Assembly (NCBI RefSeq): GCF_041956535.1
Contig: NW_027192206.1
Span: 98,012 to 162,011 of the forward strand
From: Calcarisporiella thermophila CBS 279.70
Taxonomy: Eukaryota; Fungi; Calcarisporiellomycota
Reading direction: 5' to 3'
DNA length: 64,000 nucleotides
Both the position numbers and the translations under genes were made by a program. Under the pieces are notes generated by a model. It was not told the DNA's origin, made no database searches, and was given only the letters and a program-made list of their open reading frames with translations. Positions 13,261 through 25,603 of the stretch are shown in pieces; position 1 is the stretch's first letter; each line of letters opens with the position of its first letter.

Positions 13261-13353
13261 TGCTCCTCGAGCAGATAAAGTGTAGGCAGTCTACCGTCCA
13301 GTAATGCAGCTCACTGATACTGCATTACTGAACCAACGCGAGAGCGATGGTTC
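13261..13353. other. Cluster of four abutting stem-loops upstream of the laccase gene
   Basis: TGCTC/GAGCA; GTAG/CTAC; a perfect 11-bp CAGTAATGCAG/CTGCATTACTG; GAACCA-A-CGC-GAGA-GCG-A-TGGTTC. Confidence 0.4.
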
Positions 13354-13624
13354 TCAAGGAGATGAATTCATATTCCTGGTATATTTTATACTAGTGATTT
13401 TATCATTCTGTCAATGAGGTCTCGGTAGGAGGATAGGGATTTACGCTAGTGACGACGTTCTGCCGTATTTTAACAGGGGGTCGAGTGTAAATCGGCCATT
13501 GTATTCTAAAAAAGGCCCAAAACAGATATTGCCCGTCTAAGACGGGATGGACCGTATTGGGGCTGCTGATCATAATAAGAAAGCGAAAATCGCTTATTTC
13601 CCCCAAGCAGTCGCTTCGAGAGCA

Positions 13625-15511
13625 ATGCAATTCCAATTTTGTCGTTACTTTAACAACTGGCTCCTATTTGGGTTGCTCGCCATCTCGCGTCTGCTTGCTA
13701 CGCAGGCCCAGGCCAAGGTGGTCGAGTTTAACTTTACCATTTCTCGCACGGTGCTATACCCCGACTGTCGTAATACCTCGTTGGTGGTCGTCAATGGGAT
13801 GTCCCCCGGCCCCCCCATTCACGTCAACCTCAACGACATCCTTATCGTCAATGTGCGAAATGAGATGCCCGATCCTGAGGATGCGGTGACGATGCATTGG
13901 CACGGCTTTCACCAGATCGGAACGCTTACATCCGATGGTGTCCCCGGCGTCACCCAGTATCCCATCGGCTTCAACAGCACCTATCGCTATGCATTCAAGT
14001 TCAGAGAAACACCCGGCACCTATTTTTATCACACCCACACGAAATTGCATATGGTAAGTGTCGTTAGCCAGGAGCGGAGTGGGAATCTCTAGAACGTGCG
14101 GCAGAGAAAACTGATCCCTTTGTAAATGATAGTATGGAGCGCATGGAGCACTAATCGTACATGAGCTAGGTTGGAACGGGCATCGTCCCGAGGATGGGCT
14201 TCAGTATGACGAGGAGAGAACCATCGTTCTCTCTGACTTTCTCAACGCGGATCTTAGTTCAGCAAATCGGAATGATTTGGCAAACTACGTCAACCGCTAT
14301 GGCAATTTGGATGCAAACGGTGTGTTTATCAATGGCAGGACCCTAAACTGCACTAACCATCTCGGGTAGCCTCAATTACTCGAGGTCGAGCCACAAAAGA
14401 CGTATCGCTTACGCCTGATTAACGCCGGAATCAGCGTCTACCAAGCATTCAAAATCGAAGGACAAGACCTGGAGTTGGTTGAGGCCGATGGCCATCTACT
14501 CAAGCCCCTAACCGTTCCTCAAGTTGAGCTTCATCTCGGCCAACGCTACTCGGCTTTGTTGCGCACCAATAAACGACCCGCCAGCTACCTCATTGGTACA
14601 CGCACGGGGAATGAGACGGCCCAGGATGTTTGCGCGGCCATGTGGTTACAGTATCCATACGCACCGCCGCCCATTTTGCCCAAGAGTTTTGATGAAGTCA
14701 ATAAAACGGTCTTCAACCTGATTCCCGAGGTCCAGATAAGCACAGGTTGGGTGGCTAGCCGATTACAAGCAAAGTTGAATGACAACTATCACCCCCCTCT
14801 GCCACACACGCGTGAGATCATTATCGATCTAAGAGGCAATAGTAATGCAAGCACTTTTTCTGACTTTTGGACCGTCAATGGAGTGCCCTTCCATTCTCCC
14901 AGTTTGCCCATGATCCTCAACGACACGATCATGAAACAACCGCCGTCCAAGTCCCTCCGCGAACTTGAGAACGGCTACGATCCGCAAACCAACACCTACC
15001 CGGTTCAGGAGGGCGAGGTGATCCAAGTAGTCCTGCAGAATCATGCCGTCGATGCGGGGGGTGTAGTTTTGTGTATGTAGCCCAATTTCTCCGCTCCCCC
15101 CCTCCCCCAACTTATGAGGGTGGCTGGTCTACATTTCCGATTTCACCTCTAACCTTTGTTTGCCTCTTGATAGCTCACCCGTGGCATTTGCATGGCCATG
15201 CCTTTTGGGATCTGGGGAGTGGACCGGGCGCCTACATTTCAAGCAATAGCACCAGTCTCCTCAACACAAAAGACCCCATCCTTCGCGATACGACGGTCAT
15301 CTACTCGTATGTCAAGGATCAGAGCTCGATCCCCGGCGGTAAGCCGGTCGGATGGCGGGTACTTCGTTTTGTTGCCAATAATCCCGGGTTGTGGTTCTCG
15401 CATTGCCATATTGGACTTCATCACCTGGATGGCATGGCATTTGTCTTTGCAGAGAGAAGTAAAAACAACACCGTTCCGATGCTTCTCCATAGCACCAATA
15501 CCCTTGGCTAG
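13625..15511 (+). pseudogene. Three-domain multicopper oxidase (laccase/ascorbate-oxidase-like) with one in-frame TAG at 14367-14369
   Basis: Signal peptide. Motifs HWHG, YHTH, HPWHLHGH, HCHIGLHHLDGM. Introns 14054-14132 and 15073-15173. Exon 2 reads ...INGRTLNCTNHLG*PQLLEVEPQKTYRLRLINAG in one frame. Confidence 0.8.
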
Positions 15512-16883
15512 TCAGGCGCTGGCGAGCGTGGCCTTGAGCCTCATGAGGCCAGCAGCCATGCATCTAAGGAGCATGGATTAGACTAGTTGGCCTTTGAAAT
15601 AGTCAATCCTTTGGCCTGTAAGGCATTTTAATAAATTCCACTGTATAGAGACACGAAGTTAGCTTGAGCATACAGGTTGGACACATGGACATCGACGCCA
15701 TTTTGAAAAGCTTTGTTCATCCTCAAACTTGGAAAGCCGGATTCCTCTCGTCCCGGTGTTATTAGAATTTAGACCACAACGCGTAGTTTCCAATGCACCA
15801 TCAATGGGCACAGCGCCATGGTGTATGGAGTGAACTATGGTGAAGGGGCTTGGTTGCAAACTCGGATTCCGGGGATAAAGAATGGCCATCTGAAAAAATG
15901 GACCTCTCTTTTCCAAACTGGCTCGAGGAGGTCGCACTGAAGATAAATTAAAGGATCTACCTACCTAGGGGAACCCGACTGACGACCACCGAGACTTGGA
16001 GAGGAGGAATCTCTTGCCGAAAATGGAGCAGAATACCAGGCTCCGATCATTTATCGTCTATCTTTTGTTTTTTCCCTCCTCTTGCATTGCATCGATGCCA
16101 CGATACTGTATGTGTGTGAATTATTCGCGGCATTCGGAGGCCCATTTTTGGAGGAGTCTCGAGAGAAAGTAAGTGTTTGCAAGGGGGGGCGATGCGCGGA
16201 GCGATGGGCCATCCGGGCGATTGAGAATTAACGTGCATGGAAAAAACTAAAAAATAGAAAGGGAGTGCGATGCATGTTATTAATTTCATGGAGGATTTAT
16301 TAATGAGTTGCTTGCGAAAAGGAGGCCAATCTCTATGCCTCTGCATCTGTGCACTTGCAAAATAAGGAAATTATGGGGAGGGGAGGCATTGCGTGGCGAC
16401 TGCGCAGCCTTCGCCGCAGCGGACGGAGGGCGCAGGCTCGAGGGGGCGACGAGGGCGGCCGTTTGCGGAGGGGGCGAGGAGCTGCGCGGGGCTAGATCGC
16501 CAGGTCCCCAGGACTGGGATTTGTCGGTTTTTGGGCCAAGGTTTAATTTCAGAGGTTTCAAAACAATTTCATTTCCGAGGGCTCTAGAGCTTGTGCGGAG
16601 CTTGGACTGCACGCTCGAATAAGGAAGGAATCAGCTCTCCAAACTGCATGCTTGCACAGAGATTTGCCCAAAACATCGCCCCGCAAGAGCAAATATATAC
16701 CTTCTCTGTTCTCCGGCTCTCAGCCTCGCCCCCTCTCTCCCTCCACCCCCACCCCAACCCGTCCCACACAGCTCTCCTTACAGCCCTTATGTAATCGGCC
16801 TCCCCTTCCATTCATTTCCTATTTCTCTGCATTCACCTGAAACACGGCCCTGCCCTACTCTTCATCCTTTCAGCAGCATCAAC

Positions 16884-18335
16884 ATGCTGGGAACAAGACG
16901 GTCCCCGACCCACCCCGCCCCGGTAACCAAACCCTCGACCCGGCATCCTCTGCGCCCTGCCCAATCGCTAACCTTTGCTCATCATTTGTCCTTTGTGTAG
17001 CCGCACTCCGACCGAGAGCTGGAAAAGAATCCCCTCAAGCGCTTGTTCAGATTCTCCAATCCGCCCAAATGGGATCCCTCTCGTCGCCCGGTGTCCGTGT
17101 ACGACTATGCAACCCCAAAGCCCCCGGAGAGACCCCTCTCCACTACCTCTGCAAAGAGCATTACATCAAGCTGCTCTCGGAGCATTAGTAGTATTTCGGA
17201 TCTCCCGCCCGCCCTGGCCGCCCGTCCCAAGAAGAAGGAGCTTCGGGACCGAAGGGCTCGCCCGCTCTCTTTACTGTTCGATTTCAGCGCTCGACGGTCG
17301 AACTCTCAGCCGCAACGGCAGCAATCCCTGGCAAAGAAGGTCAGCCTGGAGCACACTCTTGGGCCGGCTCCCAAGGTGCAAAAGGCATATCGAGTGGTGG
17401 AGGATGTGGATCATTACTATGAGTATTCTTCCGAGGAGGAGTATGAGAAGGAGGACGAGGGGTATGATGGGGAATGGGATGTCTACGACCGGATTTCCAA
17501 CGCTAGCTCCTCGCTCGACTCTACCGTGGGGAGGGCCCAGAGTGATCCACGGCGGCAGCAGGACATGAGGGCTGGGCCCAAGGTCGAGAGGTGCCTGCCG
17601 GCCGTGGCCCCCCCGATCCCAGTGGAGGACGAGGAGACGGAAGACGACGGAATCTCGGTCACCTCCTCCTACGCATCGGCCTCGCTTGCCCCCCGACCCA
17701 CCTCCATCAGCTCCTCTGGAAACACTTCCACCGCCACCTCCCACGAAATAGACCAGTCCTCCAGGATCCGCCAGCTGGAGCTCCAGCTCGAGCGGCTTAC
17801 CCTCCAGAACGTCCGATTACAGCGAGCCAGCCGCTTGCTCAAAGTGGATGCGGAAGAGCAGGCCACCGAGGCGCGGAGGCTTGCCGAGGATGAAGCCCAT
17901 CACCTGCGCTTACTGAACGTTCAGCTGCAACGTTCCAATCGGCTGATGATGCAGGAGCTTGACGAGATTGCCCAAGCTCGGCGCGACGCTGGGTTTGGGC
18001 CCGAGTATGAGTTTCTAGTGCAGCAGATGGCCTTCATGCACCGCCAGCTAGCGGGCCCGGATCCATCGCTGGCAAAGATGGATGGAGAAGAAGGCAAGCA
18101 GCAAAGAAGGCTCGAGGAGATCGAGCGCGAGAATGAGACCCTGCGCGAATCTCTTGCCCAGATGCGCGAGACCCTTCGCACTATCAAAGCATCCCACATG
18201 GACTTGGAGCGGAAATATCGCGCTGAGCTGACGGGATGCCGAGAGGGGATGCGCAAACGGCTGCCAACAAGAGAGGATGAAGAGGAGGAGGAAAAGCGGG
18301 AAGATGGGCAGCAGCGCATCGAGGTCGAGGCATGA
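16884..18335 (+). CDS. Uncharacterised coiled-coil protein
   Basis: A 39-nt exon 1 (MLGTRRSPTHPAP) and intron 16923-17000 splice in frame to the 430-aa ORF. The C-terminal half is heptad-rich. Confidence 0.75.
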
Positions 18336-18905
18336 AATGGAGTTGCAATAGGTTCAATCTTTTTTTGGTTTCTTTACTGATATATCTTTTCAAGTTTCTA
18401 CTCTATTCCAATTTTTGTTTGTCTTTTGTTGTTTCTTCTCATTACTTTTATTTTCTTTGCTTATCCACACTTCACTCTCACTCAATTTGTAGCATTCGCA
18501 ATAACTGTTAATAAGCTAAAATAGCCACGGCCGTAGTTTTAATGTAAAAAGGATTTCAAGGGTAGTTTGAATAAATTGCTTTCCCTTATTCTTTGCGGTC
18601 GGATGCGGGCTGCTTGGGTGGATGCTCTATATTAAATAAGCTTCTCAGCATTCGCCCCCCCTCCGTTGCATTAAAATAAAAAAAGGCAGTAATAAATAAA
18701 AATGCGGGATAGGGGAAATATGTACACATGATCTGAGTGAAAGAAGAGGGAACATATACGAAATAAAAAGAATAAATAAGGATAAGGGTCATCTATAGTC
18801 GAAAACGGCTCTCGTGTCCAGTATAAATAAGAGCCAAACCTACTTAACTATGAAAAAATAAACTTGAAGAAACAGCATGGGTCCCGAAAAGAGTCTCTAA
18901 TGCCA

Positions 18906-21087
18906 TCAGATGCTGGAGAGATCATTTTTATCGCCCTTTTCCTTCTCCGCTTCCTCTTGCTCGATCACCTCCTCCCTGTCTCCCGAGGAAGTGTCTTGAC
19001 TTGTTTGGCCACCCACACTATCCATATTCCCCTCGGTTGCAACCACTATCTCGTCGAGTCCCTCTTCGGCTTTCTCCTCCTCCTGCTCTCCAGACTTCGT
19101 CTCCTTCCCGGCAGCCGGCCGCTTCAACTTGTGCGCGAGAACGAACCACGTCGCCAGGAAACTCATACATGCAATTGGCGTCAACACCCGCCAAATCATA
19201 TGAATCCCCTGCACATAACATTCAATGGCCATGTCCCGCTGTTGGTCGGTCAAACGGCCCGGCTCATGAAGCACTTCGATCGACTGGCTGGCCAGCTTGG
19301 CTACGTCGGGAGGCAACACCGCCGGAAGACAACCCGACAGATGCGTGTTCAAAATCATGGCGCACACCGCAACTCCGATCACGCCCCCGAATACACGCGA
19401 GTAGTTACCAAGACTCGTTGAGACGGCAAGATCACGGAACGGCACGGCGCTCTGAATGGCAATCACGGCGGTGGTGAAGATGTTTCCGGCGCCGAGCCCG
19501 GCTACGACCGGGATCCCGTACAAGGCGGCCTCGCTAGAATGGGCGTCTAGTAAAAGGAAGATCCCCACTCCCACCGAGATTAGGGCCGTGCCCAAGCGAA
19601 GGAACCAACGGTAGCTCTGCGTGTAGGAAATCAAAAAGCCAATGACGGTGCCAACCGCACAAATGGCCATCTGCATAGGGATCATACGAACCCCCGACAT
19701 CGTCGCACTATCGCCCCTGACACTCTACAGTAATAGAATATCCGTGGTGAGCGTCTCCATCAAAAAGTCTTGCTGCAAACAAAGTAGATCCCAACCTGGT
19801 AATACATGGGCAAGTAGTAGACCAGCGAGAAGAACGTGAGACCAAAGAAGAAATTCGAGATGTACACGCTAAGCACGGTTCGAACCCGGAACAGATGGGG
19901 AGGGAAGATTGGCTCGGGGACCACCTTGATTTCCACCCACACCAACACCGCGAAGAACACCACTGCAATCACGAGGGGGGCGATGACTTCCGCCGTCCCC
20001 CATCCCGTCTCGGACCCCGCGAGAGTCAGGGCTACCAGCAAACAAGAGGAGGCAACCACCACCAGAATAGTGCCGATGAAATCAACTCGCTTGATCTTGC
20101 TGCGGAAAGAACCGCGGGGGGCAGGCATCCGGAGGTATATGAAGATGATCAGAAATGCCACCGCGCCGAATGGAAGATTGATGTAGAAAGTCCACCGCCA
20201 CGACACTTTGTCGGTCAACGCTCCACCTGAAAATAGAATCCAGCCGGTTAGTCCCTTTTTATTTTCCTAGCTCCCATTCCTCCCTCCTTGATCTATATCG
20301 AATGAAAAAGGGTTACCTAGCAATGGTCCGGCCACCGAGGAAATCGCAAAGACGGAGTTGATGAATCCTTGGTATTTACCCCGTTTATGCAGAGGCGTAA
20401 TCTCGCTGATGGCAATCATCACCATCGAAAACACCCCAGAACCTCCAATTCCTTGGAGCGCGCGGAAAGCTATCAACATGGCCATATTTTGGGCGACCCC
20501 ACAGAGGGCGGAGGTGATGAGGAAGAACACCACGCTCACGAGCAGCACAATTTTGCTACCGAAGATATTGGCGAACTTTCCAAAGAGCGGCTGGAAGCTA
20601 TGTGATCATAGGGGTCTCGGTTAGTATTCATGAAGTAAGTGTGGGAAAGAAACAGAGGGAAGGCGCCAATGGATTAGAATGAAACCCCACCTGTTGAAAC
20701 AGAGGATGTAAGAGGTCGCAATCCAGGATACAAGCTCGAGCTGGTGGAATTCCGAGGCTATCTTGGGCATGGCTGTGGACACAATGGTTGTATCCATTGC
20801 AGCGAGGAAAAGAGCAACACAGCATCTAATTTGGAATCAATCAGCCCATGTTCGGTTGGAATGACATCGAAAGGGAGGTCGATGGCCCACCCCATGACTT
20901 ACCCGACGATACTGATAATCAGCTGCCGGAATGGAAGTTCCGGGATCTCATCGGCTTCATGTTCAGCCTTTTTCTTGCTGCTCTTTTCCAGGTCGACGTC
21001 TGTCACTGCGGTTTCCGTAACGGAGACGGGTGTGGTATATCCGCTTTCTGAGCGCGCTGCCTCACTCGGCCTTGTATTGGAGCCCAT
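18906..21087 (-). CDS. MFS drug:H+ antiporter, DHA2 (14-TM) type
   Basis: Five exons splice in frame. Motifs FLAAMDTTIVSTAMPKI, FRALQGIGGSG, SWRWTFYINLPFG, EPIFPPHLF. Confidence 0.9.
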
Positions 21088-21904
21088 GAGAATGGAGGGG
21101 TGTGAATGGGAATGAACGGCGCATTCGCCGAGTGAGAAAAATAATTTATAGTTTTAAAAAATGAGTTGGAAAAAGGTTTTTGCGTACACAAAACTGTCAA
21201 AATAAACTCTTAAGTTAGATGCCCACGTTTCGTTTTTGAATAATTCCAAGTCACAAGTGATTATCGGTGCCCCTAACCCCCAGGCGTTCCATCGTCCAAT
21301 ATGGTCCTATCTAGAGGGAAATAGAAATCCCATACTGAGGGTATACTGCACCAGGGCCGTCAAAACAAGGCTAAACATTTTTTAATCCCTTCCTACCATG
21401 AATCATACTATATCCGCACCTCTTGTACACTATTAGTGCATTTTCTCCGTCGCAACTTCAATTAAATCCAAACAAAAACATAGGTGCAAACGATGGCTTT
21501 GTTTTTTACCGGATAATTGTTAATATTTACCGTAAAAAATGGTTTTGGTAATCGAAACAGAAATTTGAACTCTAATTATTTGTTATGTTTTTTACAGCAA
21601 GCAGTGTGGGAAAGCAACCGTCCCACTCCTTTGTTCGAGACATTTTTCAAGAGACGAGAAGAGAGAGCAGCACCATAGCCATATTGGCACACTCCCTGCT
21701 CGCTTTCTGTAGAGTCAAACTTGCTTTACACAGTTCTCAACAAGCCTCGAATTTTCCCTTTTATATGTTGTGTATCGTCTAACCATCTTGACTCATCCTC
21801 CTTGGGCTTATGCAGAGGCATGGCTTTTAAGTCGTCCCCCCCCATAAAAAATACAGGGGGTAAGGTGCTCAGCTCCTAAATAATTTTCTCAGGTTAGAGC
21901 CACC

Positions 21905-23354
21905 ATGTTGCGGTATAATAGCCCGCTCTTTCAAGTGATTTTGTTGGGTCTGGTGTGCTGGGCTTGCCCGGGGATGTTCAACGCTCTACAAGGTATCCAA
22001 GATGGGGAGCCCTCTGAAATATATATGAGATAAAAAAAAGAAAACCCCATTGTGCTATCGATGAAAATTCACTTGAATAGGGATGGGCGGAGGCGGCCAA
22101 GTGGACCATACCGTTGTCGACAAGGCCAACACGGCGGTCTATGCCTGTTTTGCCATCGTCGGGTTTGCTTCAGGCGGCATCTGCAACCTTCTGGGGCCGA
22201 AGCTGACTCTGTTTATTGGCACTCTTGGATTCGTGCTCTACGGCGGATCGCTTCTCACCTACAACCTTCGAGGCACCAGCGCCTTTGTGATTGCTTCAGG
22301 AGCAATCCTTGGGGTGTGCGCGGGGCTGCTCTGGACGGCTCAGGGAGTCATCATGCTAAGCTATCCCGACGCAAAGTCCAAGGGCCGCTATATATCCTTG
22401 TTTTGGAGCATCTTCAACATCGGCGGGGTGGTGGGGGGGCTGATCCCGCTCTTCATCAACCTCAACCACACCACGGCCGAATCGATCAGCAACGAGACCT
22501 ACATCGCCTTTATTGTTCTGATGGCCCTTGGGGCTGTCCTCTGCTTGACACTGCTTCCTCCACATAAGGTTGTGCGCGATGACGACTCACCCGTTGGTGA
22601 CACGAGGCTCCCAGATTGGCGGCGCGAGCTTATTGCAACCTTAAAGCTTGTGTTGAACAAGCGGCTGCTCGTGCTTGTGCCCCTCTGTTTTTCGTCCAAC
22701 TTCTACTACACCTATCACTTCAACGCGGTCAACGGCTTCTACTTCAACGTACGGACTCGCGCCCTCAATATCGTCATCTATTGGACCATGGAGATCATCA
22801 CCGCGTCCCTGTTTGGCCTCGTGTTGGACGCGAAGCAATTCAGCCGGCGGACGCGTGGGCTCCTGGGGCTCTTGACCATTTGCGTCGCAATGCTTCCCAC
22901 GTGGGCCGGAGCCGTCGTCTTCCAGCAGACCTATGACCGTACGCTCGAAAAACCCGCCGTCGATTGGACCGATCCGCGTTTTGCTGGAGCATTCGTCCTC
23001 TATGCCCTCTTCGGGCTGAACGATGCGCTCTGGCAGGTTTTTGCCTACTGGCTGCTCGGGGGTCTTTCGGATGATCCACAGGAGCTATCCCGTTATACCG
23101 GTTTCTACAAGAGTATCCAGAGCGCCGGCGCAGCTATAGCTTGGGCCATTGATGGAGCGGGCGTCTCTTATCGCGTGCAGGTGATTGTAAACTTTGCTTT
23201 GATACTTGCTGCACTTCCAGGCATGATCATGGTCATCTGTACCACGCCGGCCCAAAACACCTCAGCCGCCGAGCCCAGTGAAAAATGCTCGGTGGAACCC
23301 CCTCGAGTCATGAATATCACGCAACATATATCCAATGGAACTGAAAGCTCGTAA
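21905..23354 (+). CDS. UNC-93-like MFS transporter (Ngt1/NOPE1 family), copy 2
   Basis: Exon 1 (21905-21992) reads MLRYNSPLFQVILLGLVCWACPGMFNALQG. Intron 21993-22080 is at the same position as in copy 1, and the protein is colinear with copy 1. Confidence 0.9.
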
Positions 23355-23707
23355 TGTCTGCAATGACGGTATATCAAGAGTTTTCTAGTTTGCACCCAGT
23401 TATCATTCCTCTTCTTTTTTTCACAATCACTTTCAAATTAATATTAGTTCAATTCATTTCTCTCCAACTAGAGTGGGTTGTATCGCCGAATGGAAAATCG
23501 GCCGTGTCTTTCGTCTCATTATTTCTCATGGGAAAAAAACTCAGGAAAACAGAATGGAAAACAATCTATTAAAGAGGAAAAAAAAACAAATAAACATAAA
23601 GTCAAACAAAACAATATGATCGGACGTACATCAAATTCAAACAGATTAAAAACAAAAAGAAAATCCAAACTGACGTTCTTCAGAATCCATTATTTTTGGT
23701 TCTATTT

Positions 23708-25326
23708 TCACAGCTTACGAGCCAGCACGATCGAATGCTGCGCTCCTGCTGACACTCGGATGACTTTGTATCCCTCTAGGCGCTTGCCGACAATCTTCTG
23801 CGGCGTGATTTCGTCCTCCTCTTTCCCCGTTCCCAATGCCCCATTTTCACCAAAGCCCCACGAATACACCTCGCCTTCTCGGGTAAGGGCCAGTGAATGG
23901 TGCGTTCCAACGGCAATGGCATCACACGGTGGCAGTCCAGGGATTCGTGTTGGAGATGAGACAGCTTGTTTGCTTGAGCCCTCCGTGTCGTTCTCGTTGA
24001 GCTTCTGCAGCAGCTCAGTGGGAAGTCCCAGCTGCGAAGAGTCGCCGCGTCCAAAAGAGTACACCTCACCGTTGTCCAAAAGCACAACCGAGTGATGCTC
24101 ACCGCCAGCCGCTTGCTTCACAACTTTACCCTCCAGCTCCCCCTTGATCTCGGTCGGATTCATCACAGCGCCTTCGGGCACCCCATCACGCTCTTCTGTC
24201 AACCCACACTGGTAAAAGTTGTTTAGTCCCCACACTAGAAGACGTCCCTCCTTCGTCACTGCAAATGAGTGATATGAACCCGATCCAATGTGAATAATGT
24301 CACGAAGCGGAAGTCTACTCACAGCATAGTGTTAGTGTACCTGATGGGTGACCCAATCACGAGCAAATAATAATAATACTTTTGCGGTGACAAATATTCT
24401 TTAATACGCCTCTCTGAAATACGGTGTCCAAACTGATTCAACTGACCATTACCCCATCCGTAGACATGGCCAGATGCGGTCAAGGCCAGTGCATGCTCCA
24501 ATCCTGCTGTCACATCCACTATTTTATCCAATCCTTTAAGGAGCGTTGGCCGTTTGGCAATTTTTATATCTTTGTTGAAGCCTATATCTTTCCCTTCGCT
24601 ATCCTATAGTCGAGCAGAGGGTTAACGAACGAGAAGAGCAATCTTTGACAGGGTCAATATATACCCGGAATATACCCCATGCATACACCTTGCCATCGTC
24701 TGTAAGGGCTATCGATAGATTGTCCGCAGCAGCAATCTTGACGATCTTAACACCGTCGAGCCCTTCAACCGGGTCAGGAAGAAATTCGTCGCCATCGCGA
24801 CCCAACACACATTTGTCATTGCAACCCCATGAGATAATCTATCGAGAAAAAAAAAATAAAAACAATTTAGCAAAGAATAGTCAGATTATGCCAAAAAATA
24901 GTCTCAATTTGCTATGTTAAACACCTTGCCATCTTTAGTCAATACTAAACTGTGTAATCCTCCAGCCACAATGTCCACTCCTGTCACATCCTTCACGGGG
25001 AATGCCGCCTTCACTTCAAGGCGCTCGTCTCCTAACCCAAGTTGGCCGCAATCACCATTCCCGAACACAAAAATGGTCCCTTCATCAGCGGGGAGTTTGG
25101 GAGAAGGGTTGAGGGCTGGCTTGGCGGCGGGGGGTGCGGCAACGCGCGCACGTTTAGCTTTGGGAGGCGCGGCGGCGTCATTGTTATTGACGCGTTTTCG
25201 TCCATCGACGCGAGCAATCTTTTCACTCCGATCAGTAGCCGTTGTTTTCTTGGTGACTTTTGGGCCGGACGATTTTTTTTGGATAGAGGCAGGTGCGGGA
25301 CCGTTGGATTTTTTCTTTGCTGCCAT
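23708..25326 (-). CDS. RCC1 / Ran guanine-nucleotide exchange factor (Prp20/Pim1-like)
   Basis: Basic NLS-like N-terminus (PPKAKRAR) followed by RCC1 repeats (FVFGNGDCGQLGLG, AGGLHSLVLTKDG, AGGEHHSVVL, WGFGENGALG). Four exons. Confidence 0.88.
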
Positions 25327-25603
25327 ATTTAAATCAAAACTAGATGGATCGAAAACAGGAGAGGGAAGTGATACGAAGCAAGATCAAGGCAAAATGAAGT
25401 GGGCTCGACTGAGAAACCGAGGTGGCATCAATATTCGTGACTGTGATTCGTAATTCGAGGTACTTCTTGTAAAATGGTTTCCTATAGTATATTGGAGTAG
25501 CGGTCAGAGAGACAGTCATTAAAGTTGTGCGTATACCACCAGGCCGACACGAGGTTTGAAGCCAACATTACTAGTCTGGGCATTCACTTCAAGATCACAC
25601 CCG

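Noticed and set aside
14367-14369. Genome-wide TAG reassignment
   Set aside because: DOA10, the TFIIIC subunit, the MARVEL-like gene and the 2dMCO all end at TAG in expected positions, and other genes have no internal TAG.
21993-22080. U12-type intron (donor GTATCC)
   Set aside because: The donor continues AA rather than TT, no U12 branch site is evident, and the paralogous intron has an ordinary GTAATG donor.
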